Shown here: positions 1 through 10,265 of the stretch, one piece after another
Numbering within the stretch: the first letter of the stretch is position 1
Layout of the letters: each line of letters begins with the position of its first letter
Assembly (NCBI GenBank): GCA_024231025.1
Contig: JAAEQW010000312.1
Span: 3,238-67,237, forward strand
From: Candidatus Omnitrophota bacterium
GTDB taxonomy: Bacteria; Omnitrophota; Gorgyraeia; Duberdicusellales; 4484-171
Length of the DNA stretch: 64,000 nucleotides
Direction: 5' to 3'
The notes under the pieces: model-generated
The model's database searches: none
Seen by the model: the letters and a program-made list of their open reading frames with translations, nothing else
What the model was told of the DNA's origin: nothing
Position numbers and translations under genes: made by a program

Positions 1-741
1 TCCCTCTAATGGAACCAACGGCCGCAAATCCGGAGGAATAACCGGCAAGAGATCAAGGACCATCCACTCCGGCTTATTGTCAGAACGCCGTAGATCCTCT
101 ACAATTCCAATTCTTTTAAGCAGGCGCTTATTAGCAGATGCCTTTCCTTTAGCAATCTCAATACGCAAATTCTTACCTACTTTCACCAAATCGACTCTCT
201 TTAGAAGTTCCTTTACCGCAGGTGCACCAATGCCAATTTTTAAATCACTGCCATATTCTTTTAAAGCTTTGCGATACTCATCTTCGTTAAGAAGTTGTTT
301 CTCCTTAAACGGAGAAGAGCCCGGATCAATTACAATATGCTCTTCATAATAAACAACCTTTTCAAGCTCCTTAACGCTCATATCCAAAACCGCACCAATT
401 CGTGAGCTAACAACTTTAAAAAACCAAATATGTGTTACCGGAGCCGCTAAGTCAATGTGCGCCATCCGTTGGCGTCGCACCGAAGAGTGTATTACTTCAA
501 CACCGCAACGATCACACCGTGTACCCTTAAATTTAACACCTTTTAATTTTCCGCAGTGACACTCCCAATCTTTAGTTGGACCAAAAATTCTTTCACAAAA
601 AAGACCATCTTTTTCCGGCTTTAAAGTGCGATAATTTAAAGTTTCTGCCTTCTTTATTTCACCAGAAGACCAGCTTTTCATTACCCCAGGAGAAGCCAAT
701 TTTATGCTTATGCGATCAAAAAAACTTACTTCTTCAACCAT
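1..741 (-). CDS. rpoC: DNA-directed RNA polymerase beta' subunit, 5' part (runs off window start)
   Basis: Manual translation from ATG at 741: MVEEVSFFDRISIKLASP...ETLNYRTLKPEKDGLFCERIFGP...; GGAG RBS; directly after rpoB. Not in the ORF track because truncated. Confidence 0.97.
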   Translation of the reverse strand, partial: MVEEVSFFDRISIKLASPGVMKSWSSGEIKKAETLNYRTLKPEKDGLFCERIFGPTKDWECHCGKLKGVKFKGTRCDRCGVEVIHSSVRRQRMAHIDLAAPVTHIWFFKVVSSRIGAVLDMSVKELEKVVYYEEHIVIDPGSSPFKEKQLLNEDEYRKALKEYGSDLKIGIGAPAVKELLKRVDLVKVGKNLRIEIAKGKASANKRLLKRIGIVEDLRRSDNKPEWMVLDLLPVIPPDLRPLVPLEG

Positions 742-752
742 TAACCACTCCT

Positions 753-3700
753 TTATTTTTTCTCTTTTTCGGCCCTGACATCCAAACCAAGACCTTGCAA
801 TTCTTTAACTAAAACATTAAAAGATTCAGGCACTGAAGGTCTGAACTTCTGTTCACCCCTTACAATCGCCTCATATATGCGCGTTCTACCATCTACGTCA
901 TCACTCTTTACGGTAAGCATCTCTTGTAAACAAAATGCAGCACCATAAGCTTCCAAGGCCCAAACTTCCATTTCACCAAACCGCTGACCACCAAATTGAG
1001 CTTTTCCGCCCAAAGGTTGCTGGGTAATTAGTGAATATGGGCCAATTGCCCGAGCATGAATCTTATCATCAACCATGTGTACAAGTTTCATAATGTACAT
1101 ATATCCAACGCCAACTTTCTGCTCAAAACGTTTACCAGTTTGACCATCGAAAAGCACTACCTTTCCATCATCAGAAAGACCTGATTCTTTCAAAAGGTTC
1201 TTAACCTCAGTCTCAGTTGCTCCATCGAACACTGGCGATACCGCTCTAGCACCTAATCGTCGCGCTGCCCACCCTAAGTGCATTTCCAAAAGCTGCCCAA
1301 CATTCATTCGTGAGGGAACCCCTAAAGGATTAAGCAAAACGTCTACCGGAGTTCCATCTTCTAAATAAGGCATATCCTCTTCCGGTAACACTTTAGAAAT
1401 TACACCCTTATTTCCGTGACGTCCAGAAAGTTTATCACCCATAGAAATCTTTCTTTTCATCGCAACAAAAACAACCACTCTTTTTAAAACTCCAGTTGGA
1501 AGTTCGTCGCCTTTGCGAATTTTTGCAATTTCTAGCTCTCGCTCCATCACCAAATCCCTGAGGCGTTCATCATAAATATCAACCATCGCCTTTGCTTCAT
1601 CATTCTCTTCGCAATCACGAACAGTAATTTTGCTTTCACTTTTACCTAATATAGCTGAAAGGCGTCTACTTTTTTCGCTTTTTAAAATTTCTTCCTCTTC
1701 TTCATAGTATTTTTCAATTTCGCGTAATTTTTTAAGCTCTTCGGTTTTTTCTTTCTTCGACTTTCTTCCCCTGTCTTTACGCTGAAAAACCTCTACATTC
1801 ATTATTACGCCATATACTCCTGGGGGAACGCGCAGTGATGTGTCCTTTACATCGGCTGCTTTTTCGCCAAAAATGGCACGCAAAAGTCTTTCTTCAGGAG
1901 AAAGTTCCTTTTCAGTCTTTGGCGTTACCCGTCCAACTAGAATATCATCAGGCATAATCTCAGCACCAATACGAACCACTCCAGTATCATCTAAATTCTT
2001 TAGCGTTTCTTCGCTAACATTAGGAATATCACGTGTAATCTCTTCATTTCCAAGGCGTGTTTCTCGAGCATCAATTTCAAATTTTTCAACATGGATTGAA
2101 GTAAGAATATCGTCTTTAACTAATCTTTCGCTTATAACAATCGCATCTTCAAAATTGTATCCACGCCAAGGCATGAAAGCAACAAGCAAATTTGTTCCAA
2201 GAGCCAACTCACCATGCTGAGTTGCCATACCTTCAGCAATGATCTGTCCCTTTTTGATGTCTTCACCAACATCAACCAACGGACGCTGATTAACACTAGT
2301 GTCGGCGTTGGAACGCTCAAAAGTCTTTAATTTATAAACAAAACTTCCAATCTTGATGTGCCCTGCGTCAACTTCAATAACCTTGCCCGCCTCCTTAGCG
2401 ATAACAACGGTTCCGCTATCACGCACAATTTTTTCTTCGATCCCTGTACAAACCAATGGCCCCTCCGGAAAAAGAAGTGGCACAGATTGACGCTGCATGT
2501 TAGATCCCATAAGAGCCCGATTAGCATCATCATGTTCAAGAAAAGGAATCAAAGTTGCTGAAACAGAAATAATTTGCTGTGGCGAAACATCCATAAACTC
2601 AATATCTTTGGTCTTCAACTTTGGAAACTTACCTTTATATCGAGCATAAATTTCTTTATCTTTTATTTTTCCATCATCTCCAATATTTGGAGTAACTTGG
2701 GCTATCGCACTATTTTCTTCCTCATCGCTAGAAAAATATTCCGCTTTATCAGAAACAATTCCTTTCTCCACCCTACGATAAGGAGTAGTAAGAAAACCCA
2801 ACGGATTAACCTTTACATAAGTGGTTAGAGAAGAAAGAAGTCCAATATTCGCTCCTTCTGGTGTTTCAATTGGACAAATTCTACCGTAATGAGTAGGATG
2901 AACGTCTCGCACTTCAAAACCAGCTCTTTCTCTGGATAATCCACCGGGACCCATCGCCGACAATCTCCTCTTATGAGTCATTTCGGCTAAAGGATTTGTT
3001 TGATCCATAAACTGTGAAAGCGGTGAACGACCAAAGAAATCCTGAATCTGCGTAGAAAACGCGCGAGAATTAATAAGATGCTGAATTGAAAAATCACTGT
3101 TGGAAGAAACTAACGAATATCTTTCAAGAAAAGTTCTCTCAACGCGTAGCAACCCAACCCGCACTTGGTGTTGCAGTAATTCGCCAATTAATTTCACTCG
3201 TCTATTAGACAAATGATCAATATCATCGGTATCTCTTTTACCAGCTTTAACTTCCAGTAAATTCTTTACAATTGAGATAATTGTTGGTAGATCTATAACT
3301 CTCTTTGTCAAAGGCAAATTCATACCAAGCTTTTTGTTAAGTAAATACCTACCAACTCTCCCTAAATCATAACGGCGCCCATCTAAAAACATTCTACGAA
3401 AAACTTCTTTAGCCGCCTCTAATGTAATCGGTTCAGTGGGTCGCATTTTTTTATAAAAATCAAGAAATGCTTCTTCGGTGCTGGTTGTTGAATCTTTCTT
3501 GATTGTGTTTACCAGTTCAGGGTAAGGTTTATCAGAAAAATGATTATAGATGCTATCGGTACTAGATAGACCCATAATCCTTAAAACCATTGTCGCAGGA
3601 AAAGTTTTCCTTCGATCAATAATGGCTGTTATGGTATCGTTAATGTCTGTTCTAAATTCAAGCCAATAACCACGATAAGGTATGATGCGTGCAAAATAAA

Positions 3701-4175
3701 TTCGTTTACCAGTAGGATGAAGATCCTCTTCAAAAAACACTCCCGGAGAACGCTGTAGCTGATTAACAATACTTCTCTCATCGCCATTAATAATAAAGGA
3801 TGCTACATCAGTCATCAATGGCACATCACCTAAATAAATTTCTTGCTCTCTGATGTCCTTCTCCGGACCAACCAATCTAACACGAACCCTTAAGGGTGCA
3901 GCATAGCTTTGGGATCTTCTTACGCACTCTTCTACGCTATAACGCGAACGCCCTATAGCATAAGAAAGAAATTCTAACCGATACTGCTTGTCAGGGCTTT
4001 CCATTGGAAAAACTTCTTCCATGACCTCCTGTAGACCGACCCTTTTTCTTTTTTCCGGTAAGACATCGGCTTGCAGAAACTCTTTAAAAGAGTGCAGCTG
4101 ATGATCAAGAAGATGGGGCATCGAATGATGACTCTTCTTAACCTTCGCGAAAGATAGTTTTTTTATTTTTTTCAA
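753..4175 (-). CDS. rpoB: DNA-directed RNA polymerase beta subunit (TTG start)
   Basis: Motifs GDKLSGRHGNKG, GRICPIETPEG, GGQRFGEMEVWALEAYG; between rplL and rpoC. Confidence 0.99.
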   Translation of the reverse strand: MKKIKKLSFAKVKKSHHSMPHLLDHQLHSFKEFLQADVLPEKRKRVGLQEVMEEVFPMESPDKQYRLEFLSYAIGRSRYSVEECVRRSQSYAAPLRVRVRLVGPEKDIREQEIYLGDVPLMTDVASFIINGDERSIVNQLQRSPGVFFEEDLHPTGKRIYFARIIPYRGYWLEFRTDINDTITAIIDRRKTFPATMVLRIMGLSSTDSIYNHFSDKPYPELVNTIKKDSTTSTEEAFLDFYKKMRPTEPITLEAAKEVFRRMFLDGRRYDLGRVGRYLLNKKLGMNLPLTKRVIDLPTIISIVKNLLEVKAGKRDTDDIDHLSNRRVKLIGELLQHQVRVGLLRVERTFLERYSLVSSNSDFSIQHLINSRAFSTQIQDFFGRSPLSQFMDQTNPLAEMTHKRRLSAMGPGGLSRERAGFEVRDVHPTHYGRICPIETPEGANIGLLSSLTTYVKVNPLGFLTTPYRRVEKGIVSDKAEYFSSDEEENSAIAQVTPNIGDDGKIKDKEIYARYKGKFPKLKTKDIEFMDVSPQQIISVSATLIPFLEHDDANRALMGSNMQRQSVPLLFPEGPLVCTGIEEKIVRDSGTVVIAKEAGKVIEVDAGHIKIGSFVYKLKTFERSNADTSVNQRPLVDVGEDIKKGQIIAEGMATQHGELALGTNLLVAFMPWRGYNFEDAIVISERLVKDDILTSIHVEKFEIDARETRLGNEEITRDIPNVSEETLKNLDDTGVVRIGAEIMPDDILVGRVTPKTEKELSPEERLLRAIFGEKAADVKDTSLRVPPGVYGVIMNVEVFQRKDRGRKSKKEKTEELKKLREIEKYYEEEEEILKSEKSRRLSAILGKSESKITVRDCEENDEAKAMVDIYDERLRDLVMERELEIAKIRKGDELPTGVLKRVVVFVAMKRKISMGDKLSGRHGNKGVISKVLPEEDMPYLEDGTPVDVLLNPLGVPSRMNVGQLLEMHLGWAARRLGARAVSPVFDGATETEVKNLLKESGLSDDGKVVLFDGQTGKRFEQKVGVGYMYIMKLVHMVDDKIHARAIGPYSLITQQPLGGKAQFGGQRFGEMEVWALEAYGAAFCLQEMLTVKSDDVDGRTRIYEAIVRGEQKFRPSVPESFNVLVKELQGLGLDVRAEKEKK

Positions 4176-4335
4176 ATTATCCCCCTAATATATCATCAAG
4201 CACAAACTGGGTTATACCTGATTTCAAGAATTACTAATAGACCGCAAAAACTAAATTGCCGATCATTGCAATCTTTTCTCTAACCTATACAACCAAAGCA
4301 CCTTACTGTATTGTTAATCGTAGGATGTCTAAGGG

Positions 4336-4710
4336 TTACTTCAACTCAACGCTTGCTCCAGCAGCCTCAAGTTTCTTTTTGATTTCTTCGGCTTCTTCCT
4401 TACCAACATTTTCCTTAACTGGCTTCGGAGCAGAATCAACCAACCCTTTAGCTTCTTTCAGACCAAGTTCAGTAATTACTCGAACTTCTTTAATTACTGC
4501 TATTTTGTTTGCGCCCGCACCGGTTAGAACAACTGAAAAAGAAGTTTTTTCCTCGACCTCTTCTTCTGCGCCTGCACCGCCGGCTGCTACAGCAGCAACG
4601 GGTGCGCTAGCTGAAACACCAAACTTTTCTTCACAAGCCTTTACTAATTCCGAAAGCTCTAAAACTGTCATTCCCTCCAATATGCCCATCATTTCTTCTA
4701 CTTTTGACAT
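4336..4710 (-). CDS. rplL: 50S ribosomal protein L7/L12
   Basis: [16 protein letters not shown], Ala-rich hinge, synteny. Confidence 0.98.
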   Translation of the reverse strand: MSKVEEMMGILEGMTVLELSELVKACEEKFGVSASAPVAAVAAGGAGAEEEVEEKTSFSVVLTGAGANKIAVIKEVRVITELGLKEAKGLVDSAPKPVKENVGKEEAEEIKKKLEAAGASVELK

Positions 4711-4774
4711 AACGCCCTCCTAATTTGATCTTTGATTATCTAATTCCTAAAAAACTCGCGCTCTTAAGCATCCT

Positions 4775-5302
4775 TTAGTCTTTCTTTTTTTTAATTTCTT
4801 CCACTGTCCAAACAAACTTTAAAATAACTTGATTCATTGCGGCCATAAAACCCGTTAATGGAGAAGCAATCCCACCTAAGGCTTGCGCTAAAAGCACTTC
4901 CTTAGAAGGAAGTTTAGCTAATGCTGTCATCTCCTTAGAATCAACTTTTTTACTCTTTAAAAACCCACCTTTGATCTCTAAGCGCTCATTCTCTTTTGCA
5001 AAATCAACCAACGTCTTACACGCCCCAACAACATCCTCATCACGAACAAATATAACGCCGGTCTCTTTGCCTAAAAGAGTAGCAGTCTCATCAAAACCTA
5101 AATCGTTAAACGCCTTTTCAAACAATGAGTTCTTTGCAACAAAAACCCTTGCACCAGCTTTTCTCAAATCATTGCGCACTGCACTAAGGGAAGATGCCTT
5201 AACCTTATTGAAATTAATAAAAAAACAAGCATTCGCCCCATCGGCCTTCTCTTTTATTTCCCCAACTATCTGCTCTCTTACTACCAAACCTAAGCTTTTC
5301 AT
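4775..5302 (-). CDS. rplJ: 50S ribosomal protein L10
   Basis: VAKNSL, LAKLPSKEVLL motifs; between rplA and rplL. Confidence 0.95.
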   Translation of the reverse strand: MKSLGLVVREQIVGEIKEKADGANACFFINFNKVKASSLSAVRNDLRKAGARVFVAKNSLFEKAFNDLGFDETATLLGKETGVIFVRDEDVVGACKTLVDFAKENERLEIKGGFLKSKKVDSKEMTALAKLPSKEVLLAQALGGIASPLTGFMAAMNQVILKFVWTVEEIKKKKD

Positions 5303-5979
5303 AATAACACCTTCACTGATGGCCCCATCGTGCTAGAGAGAAAAATATTCCTCATCAAATCACCTTTTGCCGATGGTGGCTTTGCGGCATTCAACGCACC
5401 AATGAAAGCATTTATGTTTTCAATTAATGCGTCTTTGGTAAACGAAAGTTTACCTAAGCCAGCATGGATACAACCGAACTTATCCATACGAAAATCTATC
5501 TTACCTCTTTTTGCTTCTTTAATTGCTAAGGTTACATTCGGAGTTACTGATCCTGTCTTCGGAGAAGGCATGAGCCCTCGAGGACCAAGCACTCTTCCCA
5601 TTTTACTCACTTCTTTCATCATCGATGGGGTTGCAATACAATAATCAAATTCGAACCAACCCTCTTTTACGATCTTATCAATTATTTCGCTTGACCCTAT
5701 ATAATCGGCCCCTGCTTCCTTAGCTTCATTTTCTTGATCCGGTTCACAAAAAACCAATACCTTGACTTTCTTACCGATACCATTGGGAAGAACAATCGAG
5801 CCTCTTACCATCTGATCCGACTGCTTAGGGTCAACACTTAATTGACAACTAAACTCCAAAGTTTCATCAAACTTAGCAACCGGCATGCTCTTTAAAGCAT
5901 CAACCGCTGTCTCGACTGAAAAACTCTTATCTTTACCCGCCAATTTTTCTGAGTCTTTATATCTCTTGCTACTTTTCAT
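5299..5979 (-). CDS. rplA: 50S ribosomal protein L1
   Basis: KFDET, LGPRGLMPSPKTG, STMGPS motifs. Confidence 0.98.
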   Translation of the reverse strand: MKSSKRYKDSEKLAGKDKSFSVETAVDALKSMPVAKFDETLEFSCQLSVDPKQSDQMVRGSIVLPNGIGKKVKVLVFCEPDQENEAKEAGADYIGSSEIIDKIVKEGWFEFDYCIATPSMMKEVSKMGRVLGPRGLMPSPKTGSVTPNVTLAIKEAKRGKIDFRMDKFGCIHAGLGKLSFTKDALIENINAFIGALNAAKPPSAKGDLMRNIFLSSTMGPSVKVLL

Positions 5980-6015
5980 AACAACCTCATTTCGCCCCGT
6001 AAGGTGCTTACAGGA

Positions 6016-6453
6016 TTATTCCTTAACTTTTATTCCGCAACTACGCGCGGTACCAGCAATAATCTTTGCCGCCATTTCAATATCTACAGTATTCAAATCC
6101 GGCATTTTTTCTTTCGCGATCTCTAAAACCTGCTCTTTTGTGATTTCCCCAATAATTTCCTTGCCAGCTTGTCCGCTAGCTTTGGCCAAATTAGCAGCTC
6201 TTTTAATAAGCACTGCCGCTGGCGGCGTTTTCACTATAAAATCAAATGACTTATCATCATAGACACTGATTACAACCGGAAGAATAACGCCTTCTTTCTG
6301 CTTTGTGGCTTCATTAAAAGCTTTGCAAAACTGCATAATATTAACACCATGCTGACCCAAAGCCGGACCAACTGGCGGCGCAGGATTCGCACTTCCTGCA
6401 GGAATTTGTAATTTTATCAGATTAGCTGGTTTTTTCTTTTTTCTCTTTGCCAT
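6016..6453 (-). CDS. rplK: 50S ribosomal protein L11
   Basis: [26 protein letters not shown]. Confidence 0.98.
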   Translation of the reverse strand: MAKRKKKKPANLIKLQIPAGSANPAPPVGPALGQHGVNIMQFCKAFNEATKQKEGVILPVVISVYDDKSFDFIVKTPPAAVLIKRAANLAKASGQAGKEIIGEITKEQVLEIAKEKMPDLNTVDIEMAAKIIAGTARSCGIKVKE

Positions 6454-6478
6454 GACTGCCTCTTTCCTTGCAATTTAC

Positions 6479-6505
6479 AAGGGACGTGATAAATCTTGCC
6501 CCTAC
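6479..6505 (-). repeat. REP-like palindrome with GTAG foot
   Basis: Minus strand GTAGGGGCAAGATTTATCACGTCCCTT; same GTAGGGGC...CCC architecture as the REPs at 32564 and 32698. Confidence 0.55.
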
Positions 6506-6515
6506 GCGCAATTTA

Positions 6516-7043
6516 TTAAATTTTTTCTACCTGCCAAAATTCCAGCTCCACAGGAGTAGTTCTGCCGAAGATAGAAACGCTCACTTTTAACTTTCCTTTT
6601 TCAGGGTAAATTTCATCAACAAGACCATTGAAATTAATGAATGGTCCCTCGATAACTCGCACGCTTTCGTTTTTCTCAAAATTAACTTTTGGTGCAGGCT
6701 TAGCCTTACTTTCTTCAGCCCTGCAGAGTATCGTGTCAACCTCATCCTGAGAAACAGGTGACGGCTTACGCTTTGGTCCAATGAAAGTTGTAATGCCTGG
6801 TGTCTTTCTTACAAAAAGCCACGTATCATCATTCATTTCCATATAGATGAGAATATAGCCCGGAAAAAATTTACGTTCTAAGACACGTTTTTTGCCAAGC
6901 TTCACTTCGGTAACTTGCTCTTTAGGAATAACGACTTTTTCAATTAATTCCTGATTACCCTGAGCCTTTATACGAGCATCAAGGTTAGCTTTTGATTTTT
7001 CTTCAGCGCCACTTAACGTGTGTAGAATGTACCACTGTTTCAT
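6516..7043 (-). CDS. nusG: Transcription termination/antitermination factor NusG
   Basis: WYILHT.SG.E, FFPGY, KOW motif GPF, SIFGRTTPVEL. Confidence 0.98.
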   Translation of the reverse strand: MKQWYILHTLSGAEEKSKANLDARIKAQGNQELIEKVVIPKEQVTEVKLGKKRVLERKFFPGYILIYMEMNDDTWLFVRKTPGITTFIGPKRKPSPVSQDEVDTILCRAEESKAKPAPKVNFEKNESVRVIEGPFINFNGLVDEIYPEKGKLKVSVSIFGRTTPVELEFWQVEKI

Positions 7044-7045
7044 GC

Positions 7046-7240
7046 TTACTTTAATAAGAATTGCACCAGCTTAGAAAATCCTAAATCAATACTGGCTATA
7101 TAGATTGTTAAAAACGTTGACATCACAACCACAAGGATTACCGCGCTAATCAACTCACGCCGAGATGACCAATGCACTTTTTTCAGCTCTTCATGAACTT
7201 CTTTAAAAAATTTCGGGATTTTTTTTAATTTTTTAATCAT
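7046..7240 (-). CDS. secE: Preprotein translocase subunit SecE
   Basis: ELKKVHW motif plus one TM helix, upstream of nusG. Confidence 0.95.
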   Translation of the reverse strand: MIKKLKKIPKFFKEVHEELKKVHWSSRRELISAVILVVVMSTFLTIYIASIDLGFSKLVQFLLK

Positions 7241-7268
7241 TTTCTTTCCTATATATGGTTTTAATAAC

Positions 7269-7341
7269 CAGGCGAGGTAGGAATCGAACCTACAACCCTC
7301 GGTTTTGGAGACCGATGCTCTGCCAATTGAGCCACTCGCCT
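7269..7341 (-). tRNA. tRNA-Trp (CCA)
   Basis: AGGCGAG acceptor stem, anticodon arm TCGGT-CTCCAAA-ACCGA, GGTTCGATTCC T-loop; 3' CCA not encoded. Confidence 0.96.
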
Positions 7342-7343
7342 AC

Positions 7344-7409
7344 CAAGTCATAAGTGATAAGTCATAAGCAGTAAAGCAAGCTACAACTTACGACTAAACA
7401 AATTACGAT
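7344..7409. repeat. Short heptamer-periodic imperfect palindrome
   Basis: AAGTCAT-AAGTGAT-AAGTCAT followed by partly complementary ACTTACG/ATTACGA units. Confidence 0.4.
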
Positions 7410-7562
7410 CTAAACCTTCGCTTCTTTGTGAACTATATATTTACGGCAAAAGCGACAAAATTTATTAACTTCCATTTTTTCAGGATGCTTTCTTTTATTC
7501 TTCGTAGAAAAATAATTTTTCCTTTTACACTCGCCACACCGTAATGCAATTAATTCTCTCAT
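7410..7562 (-). CDS. rpmG: 50S ribosomal protein L33 (Zn-ribbon C+ type)
   Basis: Manual translation MRELIALRCGECKRKNYFSTKNKRKHPEKMEVNKFCRFCRKYIVHKEAKV; two CxxC; below ORF-track cutoff. Confidence 0.96.
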   Translation of the reverse strand: MRELIALRCGECKRKNYFSTKNKRKHPEKMEVNKFCRFCRKYIVHKEAKV

Positions 7563-7693
7563 AATAGGTTAGATAAAGTATAGTAGAAAGAGGTTACAGA
7601 TCCCCCTCCCCACTCATTGTGAGTATTTTGTTTTCCCCTTAATTATTTACATTGTCCGCAACCAGAAACAAATGGCTTCTGCGATAATTAATT

Positions 7694-7766
7694 AGCCTGG
7701 AACGGGAATTGAACCCATGACCTCATCGTTACCAACGATGTGCTCTACCAACTGAGCTATCCAGGC
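7694..7766 (-). tRNA. tRNA-Thr (GGT)
   Basis: GCCTGGA acceptor stem, anticodon arm CATCG-TTGGTAA-CGATG, GGTTCAATTCC T-loop. Confidence 0.96.
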
Positions 7767-7848
7767 ACCTGATAATGCACACCGTTCTATCAACTAAACT
7801 ATTCAGACGATCATCGTTCAAACACGCATACCGGAAACAGACTGTATA

Positions 7849-7876
7849 ATGATACTATAAAGCCTTTCTTTGTCAA
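7849..7876 (-). promoter_or_regulatory. Putative sigma70 promoter for tRNA-Thr/rpmG/secE operon
   Basis: TTGACA-N16-TATCAT on minus strand with upstream A/T tracts (UP-like). Confidence 0.55.
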
Positions 7877-7941
7877 GAAAAAAAATGATTTTTTTTTGAA
7901 AAAAATCGCTGCCCAGAAAGGGACTAACTTCTCATAGATGT

Positions 7942-9987
7942 TCAGGTAGGCCTGAGCCCTACAATGGTTTTAAATTCTTCCTCGTTGACTATGGGAATAT
8001 TCAATTTTTTAGCCTTCGCGTGCTTCGATCCTGGATTTTTACCCACGACTAAGTAATCAACATTTTTACTAATACTCGTTGTACATTTACCGGCTTTCGC
8101 CTCAACCGCTGCTTTTGCATTAGAACGAGAAAAATCAATAAGCTCACCAGTAAAAACAAATACTTTTCCTTTTAAATCGTTGTCGATAATTGTTTTCTCT
8201 GCGGCAACAAGTTTTAATCCCAATTTAGAAAAAAGTTGAATCATTTTTTTTATTTTTGTGGATGAAAAAAATTCCACTATTGAAGCAGCCATAACTGGGC
8301 CGATCTCATCAATGACCTCGAGCTCATTTTTATTCAACCCAAAAAACTTATCAATACTTTTAAATCGATTAGCAAGCAACATGGCAGCTCTCTCACCAAC
8401 ATGTTTTATCCCTAAACCATAGAGAACCTTCGACAACGGCTGTTCTTTACTTTTCTTAATTGCCCTAACTAAATTGTCTGCTCGTTTTTCCTTAAAAAGA
8501 GGCAGCTTTAAAAAATCTGCCTTTTCCAATTTATAAATATCAACAATTTGACCGACCATGCCAATATCCACCAAAGCATCAACTACGCTTTTGCCCATTC
8601 CTTCAATGTCCATTGCCCCACGAGAAGCAAAATGCCATAATGAACGTTTTATTTGAGCTGGACAATCAGGATTAGGACAATAAATGTAAACCCCATAAAA
8701 ACTCTTATCCTTGCCAAGACAAGTATTATCACTTTTTTCTTTTACGCTTAAAGTCTTACAAATCGGACACCTCCGAGGAGCCACAAATTTTACTTCTTTA
8801 CCGGTGCGCTTTGACGTTATCACTTTAACTATCTTAGGAATAACATCGCCCGAACGCTGCAGTAATATTGTATCCCCAATGCGCACATCGAGACGATTAA
8901 CCTCATCAAAGTTGTGCAACGTAGCCCGAGATATCATAACCCCCGCACATTCCACCGGCGTAAGATTCGCAACCGGAGTAAGAATGCCGGTTCTGCCTAC
9001 TTGAATCGATACGCTTACCACTTTCGTGGTGGTTTGATGAGCAGGAAATTTATAAGCTACTGCCCAGCGAGGCGATTTCGATGTAGCCCCCAATTCTTTC
9101 TGTTGATTAAAATCATTTACCTTAACTACCACTCCATCAACTTCATAATCTAAATTATCACGCCGCGTTTGCCAATAAAGACAATACTCTATTACCTCTT
9201 GTATGTTTCTACACACCTTATTCGCCGGATTAACACGCAAGCCCCATGTTTTTATCTTATTCAGAAAATCATTTTGCTTGGCGAAACCGCCGCCCTGCAT
9301 CCATCCAAAAGAATGCATAAAACAATTTAAATTTCTTTCAGGTAAAGACGAACTATCTAAAAGTTTTAAGGATCCGCTTGTAGCATTTCTTGGATTTGCG
9401 AACGGAGGGTCTCCACGCTTACTTCTTTGTCGGTTAAGATTGTTGAAATCAGTTTTCTGCATATATATTTCTCCACGAACCTCAAAAAATTTCGATAGAC
9501 TATCGCCACGAAGTTTTAAAGGAATTGATTTAATCGCACGAATGTTTGCAGTTACATCTTCACCAATTTGACCATCACCTCTGGTAGCACCCAAAATGAG
9601 TGCTCCGTCTTGATAAGTTAGCGAACAACTAACGCCATCAATCTTAAGTTCAACCATATACTCAAACGCCACATCACGCTTTATAGCCCGCTTTATTCTG
9701 CTTTCCCACTCTTTTAGCTCATCTATCGAATAAGTGTTATCTAGTGAGAGCATCTTCTCGCGATGGCTCACGGTAGAAAACCCTTCCAAAACTCCACCGG
9801 AAACTCTCTGCGTAGGAGAGTCATTAGTGATAAATTCCGGATGCTTCTCTTCTAAAGATTGAAGATTTTTGAAAAGTTCGTCATATTCTTTATCAGAAAT
9901 TTCCGGATCACTAATAACATAATAGCGCCAATCGTGATGCCGAATCGATTCCCGCAGTTTTTGTATTTGTTTTTCTACACTATTCAT
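7942..9987 (-). CDS. ligA: NAD-dependent DNA ligase
   Basis: ELKIDG adenylation motif, FANPRNA, Zn finger, C-terminal BRCT (FVFTG...GSK). Confidence 0.98.
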   Translation of the reverse strand: MNSVEKQIQKLRESIRHHDWRYYVISDPEISDKEYDELFKNLQSLEEKHPEFITNDSPTQRVSGGVLEGFSTVSHREKMLSLDNTYSIDELKEWESRIKRAIKRDVAFEYMVELKIDGVSCSLTYQDGALILGATRGDGQIGEDVTANIRAIKSIPLKLRGDSLSKFFEVRGEIYMQKTDFNNLNRQRSKRGDPPFANPRNATSGSLKLLDSSSLPERNLNCFMHSFGWMQGGGFAKQNDFLNKIKTWGLRVNPANKVCRNIQEVIEYCLYWQTRRDNLDYEVDGVVVKVNDFNQQKELGATSKSPRWAVAYKFPAHQTTTKVVSVSIQVGRTGILTPVANLTPVECAGVMISRATLHNFDEVNRLDVRIGDTILLQRSGDVIPKIVKVITSKRTGKEVKFVAPRRCPICKTLSVKEKSDNTCLGKDKSFYGVYIYCPNPDCPAQIKRSLWHFASRGAMDIEGMGKSVVDALVDIGMVGQIVDIYKLEKADFLKLPLFKEKRADNLVRAIKKSKEQPLSKVLYGLGIKHVGERAAMLLANRFKSIDKFFGLNKNELEVIDEIGPVMAASIVEFFSSTKIKKMIQLFSKLGLKLVAAEKTIIDNDLKGKVFVFTGELIDFSRSNAKAAVEAKAGKCTTSISKNVDYLVVGKNPGSKHAKAKKLNIPIVNEEEFKTIVGLRPT

Positions 9988-9989
9988 AA

Positions 9990-10265
9990 TTAAAACAAAA
10001 TCCGAAAATCATCAAGATCACTTAATAAATCCTGCTCATTAACAGAGCAATCAACTATACCTCTACCAAAAACATCTTTTAGATCCTGCAAAAAAACCGC
10101 TAACTTCTTTTGCTCTCCTTTGGCGATAGCCTCAACTCTTCCATCGGGCAAATTTTTTACCCAACCCTTTATGCGATAACGATTAGCCAAATCACGTGTA
10201 GTAAAACGAAAACCAACCCCCTGAACGGCACCGGCAAAAAATATATGATAACACTTATCCATCAT
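9990..10265 (-). CDS. acyP: Acylphosphatase
   Basis: [21 protein letters not shown]; start trimmed to MMDKCY overlapping the fmt stop. Confidence 0.92.
   Translation of the reverse strand: MMDKCYHIFFAGAVQGVGFRFTTRDLANRYRIKGWVKNLPDGRVEAIAKGEQKKLAVFLQDLKDVFGRGIVDCSVNEQDLLSDLDDFRILF

Noticed and set aside
5980-6015. Hairpin between rplK and rplA as an L1-binding regulatory site
   Set aside because: A stem is present (CCTGTAAG/CTTACGGG) but I cannot verify the L1-binding internal-loop consensus by eye.
8690-8740. Short insertion in the LigA zinc finger as a palindromic-element insert
   Set aside because: The DNA is not convincingly palindromic or repeated; likely ordinary loop variation.
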